From Octopus sinensis (taxonomy: Eukaryota), in the NCBI RefSeq assembly GCF_006345805.1, contig NC_043012.1:22444001-22508000 (forward strand): 64,000 bases of DNA, read 5' to 3'. The notes beneath the pieces are model-generated. The model had not been told where the DNA came from, searched no databases, and was given only the letters and a program-made list of their open reading frames with translations. Both the position numbers and the translations under genes were made by a program. This document shows, one piece after another, positions 25,368 to 38,360 of this stretch (position 1 is the first letter of the stretch; every line of letters begins with the position of its first letter).

Positions 25368-25712
25368 CACCATGTTGTAATGATAACCTCTGATTTAAGA
25401 GAAACAACAACAACAAACAAAAAAAAAAACAAGTTCCTAAAACAAAGTAAAGACAAACCTTGAGTTTCTGACTGAAATTGAACTATGTTTCTCTTTCAGA
25501 ATAAAGTTAGTTAGAAACTTTTAATTCTGTATATTGTATAAGGGGAAAAAAATACAGCAAAGGAAAGGAAAAGTTTATATAAAATTGTATACAACAAAAA
25601 ATATGCAGAAAGTTGTCACAAGTGTTTTGACTAAAACATGAAAGACAAACAGCTAATGTATATATTATTGTATTGTCAATTATATGTGTGTGTGTGCACG
25701 TGTGTACATATA

Positions 25713-25764
<52 letters not shown>

Positions 25765-25833
25765 CATTTATTTGTATGTATGTATATATATAGATATATA
25801 TATATAATTGTATACATATACATATATAAGCCA

Positions 25834-25873
<40 letters not shown>

Positions 25874-25994
25874 TAGATAGATAGTTAGATAGAAAGATAT
25901 ACATATATGTATAGTATATATAATATATATATATACATATCTAATACATGTATATATAATTTATAAATATATAATAGATTTACATATATGCATA

Positions 25995-26047
<53 letters not shown>

Positions 26048-26204
26048 AAATAAATAAAATAATACATATCTGTATACACACAAGCATAAACACCCACATA
26101 TATAATTTCTACACCTTTTCTTGTCCTTTTGTTTGTCTCAATATTTCTTTGCTTTTTAAACTTTTCTCTTATTTGTTTTACTTTCTTTAAAGTAGCATGT
26201 GCAT

Positions 26205-26248
<44 letters not shown>

Positions 26249-26758
26249 CCCTTTGTATATTGCATCACTGATTGGTCTTCTTTTCAGGTTCAGAATGTTT
26301 TTGTGCTGAAGGGTAAAATATCTGTCATTTACCATTGTTAAAAAACAATGGAATTGTTCTATCAAGAATACTGAGTGCTAAGTAGTAGTGGTGCCAAAAA
26401 TGGTAAATAAAAAAAGAAAAAAGACAAACATTTTAGTTAGATAAAAATTTTAAAAAAGCACAGAATTTATACAAAAGTATATAAAAGTAATTTTACAAAA
26501 AAAAAAAGGTTAAAAATGTAAATTTAATGAAAGGAAAGAAAAGCAAGATGTTAAGAATCTTGCTGATATTAGAAAATGTTGAAGAAGAAAATGGAAGGAC
26601 TTAAGATCCTGTAGACGGGAAGAACAAAACTACCTTACTACAACTTCTACTGCTGGTACTACCATTTTTGAACAACGATCATAATAATCCTTTGTAGAAA
26701 AGGTACAAAGCCTGAAATTTGTATGGAGGGGTATAGGCAATTGCATCGACCCCAGTAT

Positions 26759-27071
26759 GTGTTGTTGTTGTTTGTTCCTTCTTGAGCCATGCCTGGCTCA
26801 TAAGGACCGGTTTTCTGGTTTAATTGGTGTATAGGTTCCCCACCTGGACAGGACGCCGGTCTGTCACAGGTGAGCTGCTAGTCACAGGAGGAAAGAGTCG
26901 GAGGAAGTTGTGGTGAAAGAGTCCGCAGAGGTTTGCCATTACCTTCTGCTGGAGCCATGTGGAGCTTTGATTTTTCACTCATAAACACACACATCGCTCA
27001 ATCTGAGATTCGAACCCACAATCCCTCGACTGTGAGTCCGCTGCTCTAACCACTAGGCTATGTACATCCAC
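26759..27071 (-). mobile_element. tRNA-derived SINE family D with (AAC)n tail, nested in a SINE B copy
   Basis: Head TAGCCTAGTGGTTAGAGC..GGGTTCGAATCTC; 9-bp TSD CCCCAGTAT at 26750-26758 and 27072-27080. Confidence 0.85.
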
Positions 27072-27199
27072 CCCCAGTATTTAACTGGTACTTATTCTAT
27101 CGACCCCAAAAGGCAGAATTTGAACTCAGAATGTAACAATGGATGAAATACCACAAAGCATTTTGTCTGGCATGCTAACAATTCCACCAGCTGACCATC

Positions 27200-27237
<38 letters not shown>

Positions 27238-27433
27238 CATAATAATAATAATAATAAGATAATGATAATCGTTTCTACTTAGCCTGAAATTTGTGTATGG
27301 TGGGGGATAATTCATGGCATTTAATTTGAAAAGATGAAAGGCAAAGTCAACTCTGGCAGAATTTGAAATCAGAATGTAAAAAAACTGGAAGAAATGGCAT
27401 AGAGAAAATTTTCCAACATGATTCTTCTTACTG

Positions 27434-28042
27434 CCTTAATGTGTCCAGCCCACTTATGCATGCCTTTCCTCCCTTGGACACACAAAGACCTGTTGAGGCA
27501 AGCGAAGTCGATATCGAACCTCATCCGACGACAGGCACCTATGCCTACCCCCCTTTGCTTGCGAAGACCTGTTGGGGCAAGTGAAAGCGAAATCGAAATC
27601 GGAATCGAAATTGAACCAATCCTATGACTGGCACCCAGCAGATGCCAGGACCCATGGACTGGAGATATGTAAAAAGCACTATCCAAATCATGGCCGATGC
27701 CAGCGCCGCTTCGACTGGCTTCCGTGTCGATGGCACGTAAAAAGCACCATCCGAATCATGGCCGAAGCCAGTGCCGCCTTGACTGGCTTCCGTGCAGGTG
27801 GCACGTAAAATGCACCAATCCAACCGTGGCCGATGCCAGCCTCGCCTGGCACCAGTGCAGGTGGCACGTAAAAAGCACCCACTACACTCACGGAGTGGTT
27901 GGCGTTAGGAAGGGCATCCAGCTGTAGAAACATTGCTAGATAAGACCGGAGCCTGGTGCAGCCTTCTGGCTTCCCAGATCCCCGGTCGAACCGTCCAACC
28001 CATGCTAGCATGGAGAACGGACGTTAAACGATGATGATGATG
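27434..28042 (+). mobile_element. long RTE LINE 3' UTR fragment with 4 subrepeat units
   Basis: Repeated GTAAAAAGCAC/GTAAAATGCAC units and (GAT)n tail. Confidence 0.8.
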
Positions 28043-28198
28043 ACAACAACAACAACAATAATAATAATAGCAATGACAATGACAATGATAATATTGTTAT
28101 ATTTCGGGATGGTCATTTTTATTTTCTTACCAAATAACCACACGCACTAATATATTTGTTCTTCATTTGTTTATTATTGTTTTTATTTTATGTCCATT

Positions 28199-28242
28199 GT
28201 CCAGAAATCTTTCGTCACACAACTTGTGACCTCTTCAGTGAC
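28199..28242 (-). ncRNA. minimal type I hammerhead ribozyme candidate, intact core
   Basis: GTCA-CTGAAGA-G-GTCAC AAGTTGT GTGAC-GAAA-GATT-TC-TGGAC. Confidence 0.7.
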
Positions 28243-28461
28243 TTTCCATCCCATGTGTCTCTTTCTGATATTGAAAATGGTTTCTAATTTGGCCACCAAT
28301 TTTCCATGTCTACCATCAACCTCAGTACTTGATTTCAGGGGAGATGATGGGTAAAGTTGACCATTATATATATATATAGGTACACACACACACATATATA
28401 TATATATGTATGGAGGTATTTACATATATGTATATTGTATATATACATATACATACACATG

Positions 28462-28499
<38 letters not shown>

Positions 28500-29449
28500 G
28501 GTATATATGTCTTGTTGTTAAAAGCACAAAATAGGGAGTAATATCACAATCAACAACTGACGAGGGGTTAGACTTCCTGTGGCATTTTGTCCTGTACTTA
28601 TCTCTTGTTGTATGTTTATGCATTCTTCACTCGTAGGTGGTGTCCTGTTCTTAATGTGTATTTCTTCATTTATATATATATATATACATATATATATATA
28701 CACATACATACACAGATAAATGTGAATAAATATTGAAATAGCAGGTCCATACTGGCCTTCATGATATCAACTCACCCCTTGCACTGTTGATAAACTAAAC
28801 TCATCTGCCATTAGCCTATTACAAAAAGCTTCTTGAGTAGCTAAATGTCTCTCTCCATCTACGCTAAGGATACACTTTCAACATACAAAGCATTTGTAAG
28901 TGGATTTGCTGGATGAGGTACGAAGCTAATACTGAGAAAGACAAGTGTCTCCTCGGAAAATTCTATTCTTAAATTTTGGTTCTCACCTCTACCTTGCCAT
29001 CCAAAAATTTTGTTGAGTTTAGAAATGCAATTCAGTAAAAACAGAGATTTGGCAGAAATGCTCGACACTGACAGTAAAATGATGGCATATTTTTGATCTG
29101 AAATATTCCACAGAAATGCATATATATCTAGAGACATTTTATATGCCACTGACCAAATATTATACAAGTTTCATATACTTTTTTGGTAGACTGTTATACC
29201 GATGCTGTCATTAAAATTAATATGAAACACAAATTTAACAAAATTCTAATATATACATTTATTAAAGGCATTTATGGTGATGTGAGTGTGTGTGTATGAA
29301 TATACATGTACATATATGTATGCATATATATATATATATATACACACACACATACATACACATGTTAACATCTACACACATATAAATATATGTCTATAAA
29401 TACAATATATATATGTGTGTGTGTTCATGTGTACACAAATCTGTAGAAG

Positions 29450-29486
<37 letters not shown>

Positions 29487-29514
29487 ACACATGTCCTTGT
29501 GGAAGCTGTTGTGT

Positions 29515-29592
29515 GCGGCTGAAGAAGGCCACAGACATACATTATGCATTGTTATAAATCTGTCTAATAAAGGCCCGAAACATATGTACCGC
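29515..29592 (+). ncRNA. minimal type I hammerhead ribozyme candidate, intact core
   Basis: GCGG-CTGAAGA-A-GGCC(ACAGA..TCTGT..)GGCC-C-GAAA-CATATG-TA-CCGC; palindromic stem III ACATATGT. Confidence 0.75.
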
Positions 29593-29699
29593 TGAATCCT
29601 TCGCATCATGTATTTATTTTATTTTGATCAATTTACTCCACCACCTACACCACCAAACGGTATACACAGGTGCTTATAATTATCAAGTACTCACCCCGA

Positions 29700-29737
<38 letters not shown>

Positions 29738-29784
29738 TATATTTGCACACACACACTATTTATGCATTATATATATTTATAAAT

Positions 29785-29821
<37 letters not shown>

Positions 29822-30494
29822 CAGAGAAGAAAAGAAAGAGAGAAATAGAGAGACAAACATATAGATAGATAAAAAGATAGACTGTTATGTAGATTGATGC
29901 ACACTTAAGTCATGTTTGGGTTGTGGAAAATTTCCTAAAGTAAGGAAAATATATAAAACGTGGTGTATATATTTTATTAGAAGCTGAAGCTGTATGTTTT
30001 ATATTTCTGATTGTTCAAACTACTGAAATAAGAAAGTAGCATGACAATATATAAGCAAAAATATTGAGAAGCACATCGAAGTATGATAGTGAACAGTACA
30101 TCAACATTTGATTGGTGCTCCAAAAATGTTACGCAAACCATCACACATACAACTGTTTAGTACCATTCACAGAACACATGATATTTGCATTCAATCACAT
30201 GACAAAATGTAATCTTTTCATCTGCCCAGGAGTAAGTACAAAAACAAAGAAGTGAGCAGAGGAAGAGGCTCTTATTAATGAACTTTTAGAATTAATGAAA
30301 ATTTATCACTTTTAACTTTTACTTGCTTCAGTCATTGGACTGCAACCATGCTTTAGCTGTGCTTTGAGGAATTTAGTGGAACAAACTGACCCCAGGACTT
30401 ATGTTTTAAAGTATGGTACTAATTGTATCTGTTTCTTCTTTGCTGCCACTGGCTGCCAGACATAAACATAAAGCCATAATGACATAAATATATA

Positions 30495-30823
30495 CCTGGA
30501 CTGGCTCTTGTGCAGGTAGCACATAAAAAACACCATTTGAGCCAGTTCCGCTGGACTGGCTCCTGTGCAGATGGCATGTAAAAGTCACCATTTGAGTGAG
30601 GCTGTTGCCAGTACTGCCTGACTGGCCCTTGTGCTGGTGGCACATAAAAGCACCCACTACACTCTCGGAGTGGTTGGCATTAGGAAGAGCATCCAGCTGA
30701 AGAAACTCAGCCAGATCAGACTGGAGCCTGTTGCAGCCATCTGGCTCGCCAGTCCTCAGTCAAACCGTCCAACCCACGCCAGCATGGAAAACAGATGTTA
30801 AACGATGATGATGATGATGATGA
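30495..30823 (+). mobile_element. RTE LINE 3' UTR fragment
   Basis: Subrepeats and (GAT)n tail. Confidence 0.75.
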
Positions 30824-31089
30824 TACAATGAACATTTTTCAGTTTCCATCTACCATATCCATTCACAGGACTTTAGTCGGTCTGGGGTTATAGTGAAAGA
30901 TACTTCCCTAAGGTGTGACTGAACCCAGGACCATGTGACTGTGTTGTCTGGTAGGCACCTAAATAATTTATAGATTTTACTCTAAAAATGGATTGTATAA
31001 GCTTTTAACAGTGAAAATGTTTTGTATGATCTTAACAATTTTTTAAAGCTCTCCTGAAGTCTAGTGCCTATGGAAAATACTTATAACTG

Positions 31090-31318
31090 TTTCTTTATTA
31101 CCCATAAGGGGCTAAACATAGAGAGTACAAACAAGGACAGGCAAACAGATTAAGTCGATTATCGACCCCAGTGCGTAACTGGTACTTAATTTATCGACCC
31201 CGAAAGGATGAAAGGCAAAGTCAACCTTGGCGGAATTTGAACTCAGAACGTAACAGCAGATGAAATACGGCTACGCATTTCGCCCGGCGTGCTAACGATT
31301 CTGCCAGCTCACCGCTTA
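31090..31318 (-). mobile_element. SINE family B, young copy with an alternative 3' tail
   Basis: CpG-rich body; tail CCCATAAGGGGCTAAACATAGAGAG differs from the GGCACAAGGCCTGAAATTTT tail of other copies. Confidence 0.8.
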
Positions 31319-31535
31319 TAACGTTTAGCAAAACATACACCAATAAGTACACATCATATACATTTACGCATATACATACATATATTTATGTGTGTGTGTT
31401 TGTATGTGTATGAACACACACGTAGACATGCATACATACAGACACACACAGACACACAAACACACACATATATATATATGTAGATATATATATGAAGATA
31501 TATGTAGATATATATACATACACACACACACAATC

Positions 31536-31566
<31 letters not shown>

Positions 31567-32104
31567 TGAATGCATATATGTATATAAACATATAGATGTA
31601 CACACAGACATATATATTCATATATTACTACCAAAATGGCAAGATCAAATTTGCTGCTGGAAAGTTTCAAGTAAGCCTATTCTGCCATTAGATCTGCAAC
31701 CCATCACATAAGCCGTATACATAACATAATGCCAGGAATGATTGTAAGCCTAAGCATCAAACTGTGTGTAAGTTCTGGGAATTATAATTAATGGTGACAC
31801 CTGGTTTCATGCGCGTATTAATAAAGATGGTAACAACATGGAAATGACTGCAGGATGTTTTGCAGAAAGCACGATGAACAAATGAATCTGATTTTGGTTC
31901 TGTGCAAAGCTTTTGTTGTTTGTTGCCCCTGACCAAGAGAAGGAGAAAGTTTACATCGGTAGCATTCTGGTTGGAACCAGTAAAAGTGTAAAAGACACAC
32001 ACACACACACATACACATAAATACGTGTGCATGCATGTGTGTGTCTGTATAGATAGATATACATATACAAACACAATAAATCACACATGTGTACATTAAT
32101 ACAC

Positions 32105-32508
32105 ACTCTTTACTCTTTTACTTGTTTCAGTCATTTGACTGCGGCCATGCCGGAGCACCGCCTTTAATCGAGCAATTCGATCCCGGGACTTATTCTTTTT
32201 GTAAGCCCAGTACTTATTCTATCGGTCTCTTTTGCCGAACCACTAAGTAACGGGGACATAAACACACCAGCATCGGTTGTCAAGCAATGCTAGGGGACAA
32301 ACACAGACACAAAAACACACACACGCATATATATATATATACATATATACGACGGGCTTCTTTCAGTTTCTGTCTACCAAATCCACTCCCAAGGCTTTGG
32401 TCGGCCCGAGGCTATAGTAGAAGACACTTGCCCAAGGTGCCACGCAGTGGGACTGAACCCGGAACCATGTGGTTGGTTAGCAAGCTACTTACCACAAAGC
32501 CACTCCTG
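32105..32508 (-). mobile_element. SINE family A, young copy
   Basis: Full-length match. Confidence 0.9.
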
Positions 32509-32714
32509 TATACATCCATACATTTGTATATACACACACATATATGCTTCTCCTCCAAGCCTCTGTTTAGGCAGGTCAGTCTAGGTTTCTTTGGGTTGCA
32601 CAAGACAGTTTCATTCTGAGAGTACTTGCACTGTAATTCTTCTCCAAGTGTTTTTACTCCCATTTTTGAGTAAGCATGGAATGTACTCATTTCTTTATTA
32701 TTATTTCTTTACTC

Positions 32715-32930
32715 AAATTGGTGAACTGGAAGGAACATTAGCACACCAGACAAAATGCTTAGCAGTATTTCATCTGTCTTTATGTTCTGAATGTAAATTC
32801 CACTGAGGTCGACTTTGCCTTTCATCCTTTTGGGGTTTATAGATTAAGGACCAGTTGTATACTGGGGTTGATCTAATCAACTGGTCCCCTCCCCCAAAAT
32901 TTCGGGCCTTGTGCTCAGAGTAGGAAAGAA
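32715..32930 (+). mobile_element. SINE family B
   Basis: GAGGTCGACTTTGCCTTTCATCCTTTTGGGG..CGGGCCTTGTGCTCAGAGTAGGAAAGAAT. Confidence 0.75.
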
Positions 32931-33364
32931 TAAACACACACTCATCATCATCATCCTTTAACATCCATGTTCCCTATTGGCATATGTTGGACATTTTGAC
33001 TGGATCCATGTCCCATGTCTGCTTTGGCATGGCTCCTCCAACAGCTGGATGCCCTTCCTAATGCCAACTACTTTACAGCATGAGCTGGTATCCCTTTAAA
33101 GCGCCAATGATTTTCTTTGATTGAGTGGGCAATTACAGCAGAGTGGGAAGTGCCATTATACTAAGAGATGAGAAAAGAGGATAATGGCACATCTCTCTCT
33201 ACCCTACTAACATGAAGGGCATCTCAGTGCTGGTGCCATGGAAAAAGCAAAAAGCAACCAAGGCATGCTGTTACGTGGTTGGAGTTAGGAATGAATGCAA
33301 GTCAGAAAAAATATGCACTCATATATTTGTCAATATGGTGGATATATAAATGAAAACATACAGG

Positions 33365-33456
33365 ATTATAGACCCATTTCAGCTGATCCTACCCATTGGT
33401 TTTGTTTACCAGTCAGTAACACCAATTGGTAAGATCAGTTGAAATGGATCTATAAT
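33365..33456. repeat. foldback with 36-bp arms
   Basis: ATTATAGACCCATTTCAGCTGATCCTACCCATTGGT versus ACCAATTGGTAAGATCAGTTGAAATGGATCTATAAT. Confidence 0.8.
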
Positions 33457-33702
33457 ATGATTCTGATTAATACACCCACTCTATTCCCAAATACATGAAT
33501 GCAAATTTTTTTCTCACTTATGGATTCTTAGATGGATATATATATATATATATATATATAAATACAAAATGGGACAAGAACGCAAAACATTCAGAAGATG
33601 ATACAAAAAACACGGACGGGTCATTCAATCTTCAGTCAAGAAGCGGATCATCCTCGCAATTTCAGCTGATTAATCTTGATATATTTATATATATATATAT
33701 AT

Positions 33703-33925
33703 TGTTGGAATTTACAAAAAAACAAAACAAAACAAAAGATGACGAATACGGTGTGTAAACAACAAACAGATATATTAAACTAATACATCTGTTTGCTGTT
33801 TGCACACCCGTCTTTACACACATGCTCAGGAAGTCAGAAAGTGTTTTACATTTCAAGTCTACGCTCTTCAACAGAAAAGAACACAGAACAAAGGTTTAGT
33901 GGCAAGCGATCAATCATGGCAAGTA
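33703..33925 (-). mobile_element. (TA)n-embedded element of the 10225 family with decayed hammerhead (33843-33878)
   Basis: Minus strand TTTT-CTGTTGA-A-GAGC GTAG ACTT-GAAA-TG-TA-AAAC. Confidence 0.6.
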
Positions 33926-33952
33926 TATCTATATATTTAATATGTATAAATA

Positions 33953-33991
<39 letters not shown>

Positions 33992-34000
33992 TATATATAG

Positions 34001-34036
<36 letters not shown>

Positions 34037-34167
34037 ATACATATACATATACATATATATATATATACATATATATATATATTATACATATACATATATA
34101 TATATATACATATACACACATATATATATATATAATATATATATATATATACATACATATATATAAT

Positions 34168-34459
34168 CATCATCATCATCATCATCATCATCGTTTAACG
34201 TCCGCTTTCCATGCTAGCATGGGTTGGACGGTTCAACTGGGGTCTGGCAAGCTCGAAGGCTGCACCAGGCCAGTCAGATCTGGCAGTGTTTCTACAGCTG
34301 GATGCCCTTCCTAACGCCAACCACTCCGTGAGTGTAGTGGGTGCTTTTTACGTGCCACCTGCACTGGTGCCAGGTGAGGCTGGCATCGGCCACGGTCGGA
34401 TTGGTGCATTTTACGTGCCACCTGCACGGAAGCCAGTCGAGGCGGCACTGGCTTCGGCC
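34168..34459 (-). mobile_element. RTE LINE 3' UTR fragment
   Basis: Close match to 48470-48803. Confidence 0.85.
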
Positions 34460-34480
34460 TATATATATATTATATATGTA

Positions 34481-34541
<61 letters not shown>

Positions 34542-35509
34542 TCACACAAAAATCATAATTGATAAATAATTAAATTATAAATCATGTGCTTTGTTGTGTT
34601 TTGCTATGCACATGATCCCTTGGTTGATGGGAAAACTGTCTTGAACGAAAGGAGCCCAAGGTGCAAAAAAAGATTAGAGACAACTGGTGCACAAAACTAC
34701 ATTTTTTCTTATCATATATTGGGGTAGGCAAATCAAAAAGAGAACTAGTGGACAGCAGAAGAATACAGAATAAGAGTTAAGAAAGTTAGGTCTCATAATA
34801 ATTGACCCATTCTTTAAGTTAATTAATTAAAAAAAACAAACAAAATAATGAATGTTAATGAGTATGTGTAGTTGTGTTTACTGTATGTTTTTTTTTTAGC
34901 TTCATGAAAGAAATGACATAGGCCCAAGATATGTGGCACATTGGTGTACTCAAGAAGACCCACCCATCACAGCAGAATTGATAGCCTAAAACCAAAGTGT
35001 CGAGAAAAAAACACAGGTGATAGTACCATGTATAAAGCACCCTGTACACTCTGTAAAGTGGTTGGCATTAGGAAGGGCATCCAGCTATGGAAATTATGCC
35101 AAACAGAGTATGGGACCCTGTGTGAACCCTAGCCTTGCCAGTTTCTGTCAAACCATCAAACTGTCAAACACATGCCAGCATGGAGAATGGACATTAAAGG
35201 TTTATGATGATGATGTCAGTCTTGTGAAAAGGGGGAACTTTGTTTTTTGTAAATATTTATATGTTGATTTATAACCTGTGCTAGCACGGAAAACGGACGT
35301 TAAACGATGATGATGATGATGATGAATTTTTATTGTTTGGATATCAACAGATAGCACACACACACACACACACGTATGCACAAACACATTTACATATACT
35401 CACACAGACACATGTATATCAGGACAATCACATATAAACACACAGACAATCGCAGTAATTAAAATTAGAATATAGATAAGCTGTATAAATAACACACACA
35501 CACATATGC

Positions 35510-35584
35510 ACAGACAGACAGAAAGATATATAGATAGATAGATAAACAGATAGATAGATAGACAGACAGAGAGTCAAAAATATG

Positions 35585-35630
<46 letters not shown>

Positions 35631-35631
35631 C

Positions 35632-35698
<67 letters not shown>

Positions 35699-35767
35699 AG
35701 ATAGATAGATAGATTACACATAGAGATATAGATAGACAGACAGACAGACAGATAGATAGATAGATAA

Positions 35768-35810
<43 letters not shown>

Positions 35811-35840
35811 CAGACAGACAAATAAACAGACAGATAGATG
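35510..35840. repeat. (GATA)n/(GACA)n microsatellite
   Basis: Direct reading. Confidence 0.95.
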
Positions 35841-36448
35841 GAGAGAGACTGGAAAAGTGAGTGACAAAGAGAAAAATAGAAATCCCTTAAGAACTACTCT
35901 CATGCATTTCTATCTCTCTCTCTCTTACTTTTCTTCTTCCTCACACATTGTGCCTACATCTGCAAATCTACACACACACACACACAACACACACACACAC
36001 ACAGGCACATATATATTTTATAAAGTAAAAGAAACCACCCTCCCTCCACTCACCACCACCAGTATTTCTCCCCCACAAAATCCACAAAGCACAGAGCATT
36101 GACCTGCCAGTTCTTATACTGGTCAATACTTTTACGTTCAGAAAATTTCTCACCAATTGGTTATAGTACTTCCACCCCCTTACAGGAATCTCTCTTCTCT
36201 CACACCCTCAAGCTAATTGCTTCACAACATTCATGTTCTGGGCCTGATTTACTTCCCTTGGCCTATAAAACTGCTTCAGTGCTTCTACTAACATAACTGC
36301 TTCAACAATTACACTATGCCCACACACATATATACACACACACAAATAGATAAATATATAAATAGGGTGTGCGTGTGTATATATGTTTATATATAGTGTA
36401 TATATATATATAGTGTGTATATATATGTTTATTTATAGTGTGTGTATA

Positions 36449-36486
<38 letters not shown>

Positions 36487-36757
36487 TGTATATATGTTTA
36501 TATATATAGTGTGTATATATATATATATATAGTGTGTCTAATGTTTATATTTATATATATATATAGTGTGTATATATGTTTATATATATATGTATATATA
36601 TATATATTATATATATATATACATAATATATGTATATATATACATTCGATACATATATGTATTTATAACATATTATATATGTATATATACATTCAGATAC
36701 ATATATTGTATACATAATATATATTATATATATATATATCTCAGATACAATATTTGT

Positions 36758-36798
<41 letters not shown>

Positions 36799-38191
36799 TA
36801 TTATATACATACACATTCAGATACATATATTGTATATATATATATATATATAGAATGTAGATAAGGTTATGATCCAAGCTGTGTCCTCATGAAGCACATC
36901 TGCATATGTAATGGGAAATAAATAATACCAAATTTTCCCAGTCTTATGTTTTGAGATGCACACACACACATGTACATGTGTGTGTGTGTATATATATATA
37001 CACATATACATATATATATATGCTATATGTTATGAATGGTGAGCTTGTAAATGTGTGACTGTATTTTCAATATCCAAATTTACATGAATTCACACTTTGC
37101 GCTCATAATAGCGTTTAAAGAATGTGCAGCTATAAAAATTATGCAACATATTAAATTGAGACATGCAACTTTTAAATGTATACATGCATTTAGTATTTAA
37201 ACACATTTAATCATTAGAATTTAAGCAAAGACGTGAGCTGTTATATACCATAGACAACATATAATTATATGCCAGATATGTATATACCATGTATATATAT
37301 ATATATATGCATGTTTAAGCTTACATATTCTGTGAACTTAAAAATGGTCCTGTTGCAGAGTGCAAAATATTCATATGTTTTGAGTGCATCTATGAGTGAG
37401 CCCATATATGGAGTGATATTATATAAGACTGGTTATAAAGTTGACCCCTTTTTTTGCCACATTTCTAATGAAATAATAGTGATTTTTGTTTCAATTAATT
37501 CAGAAAATAATGAAAACTTTGTGAAATAGTTTTCTCATTATTAAGCTGATGGTGTTTGTAACATTAATTCACATGGAAATTTGATGGAATGATTTAGTTT
37601 GGGCTCACTTTAAAATAGGAAGATTTTATGGAAAATCCAAATGTGGTGTTGGTCAGGTTGTCAACAAAAGGGTTTAATGGAACTGGCATATAATCTGTTC
37701 TGTCTTCCCCTCCTGTCTATCCATCTCTCTCTCTCTCTCTCTCTCACTCACATTTCATAGATAGACAGATATAAGTGTGTATGTACTTGCTTGTATGTAG
37801 CTATTTATTTATACATACATGTAGACATACACACGTATATCTATTTATCAATCTATCTAAATGCACATTTACACACACACACACACACATAAACAAAAAT
37901 ACATACATACGCTTCCTTGTCAATTATTCAATTTCCTATTACACTCTGGACTCACAATCCGTTCTGAAGCAGTATATACATACTGAGTTCTAACACCAGG
38001 TTGTTAGTATTGTGCCTAAGTGAAATCTTAAAACACACACACACACAGACATAATATAACATATATATATGTATATATATATATATATTTAAGACACAAT
38101 AACATAAAGCTCTATATATATAAAATAGAAATATCATTATTTCTAAATCTCTCAAAGAGAAATATTTAGTAACAGTTCTTTAAAGTAAAGA

Positions 38192-38299
38192 CTATTTGCC
38201 AACATAATGTGGCTGTCCTGGATAGGACAATTGTTACTGTTGTTTAACCCCAGGAAACAAACATCTCTTTCAGGACTGCCACATTATGTTGGCAAATAG
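38192..38299. repeat. 29-bp inverted repeat with a single mismatch and a 50-bp spacer
   Basis: CTATTTGCCAACATAATGTGGCTGTCCTG versus CAGGACTGCCACATTATGTTGGCAAATAG. Confidence 0.85.
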
Positions 38300-38304
38300 C
38301 CTCA

Positions 38305-38360
<56 letters not shown>

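Noticed and set aside
27000-27070. tRNA gene on the minus strand
   Set aside because: A and B boxes are present, but it is the head of a SINE with body, (AAC)n tail and TSD, and the acceptor stem is not intact
27688-28011. Recurrent [19 protein letters not shown] ORFs in several places
   Set aside because: They are antisense translations of the RTE 3' UTR repeat, not a gene family
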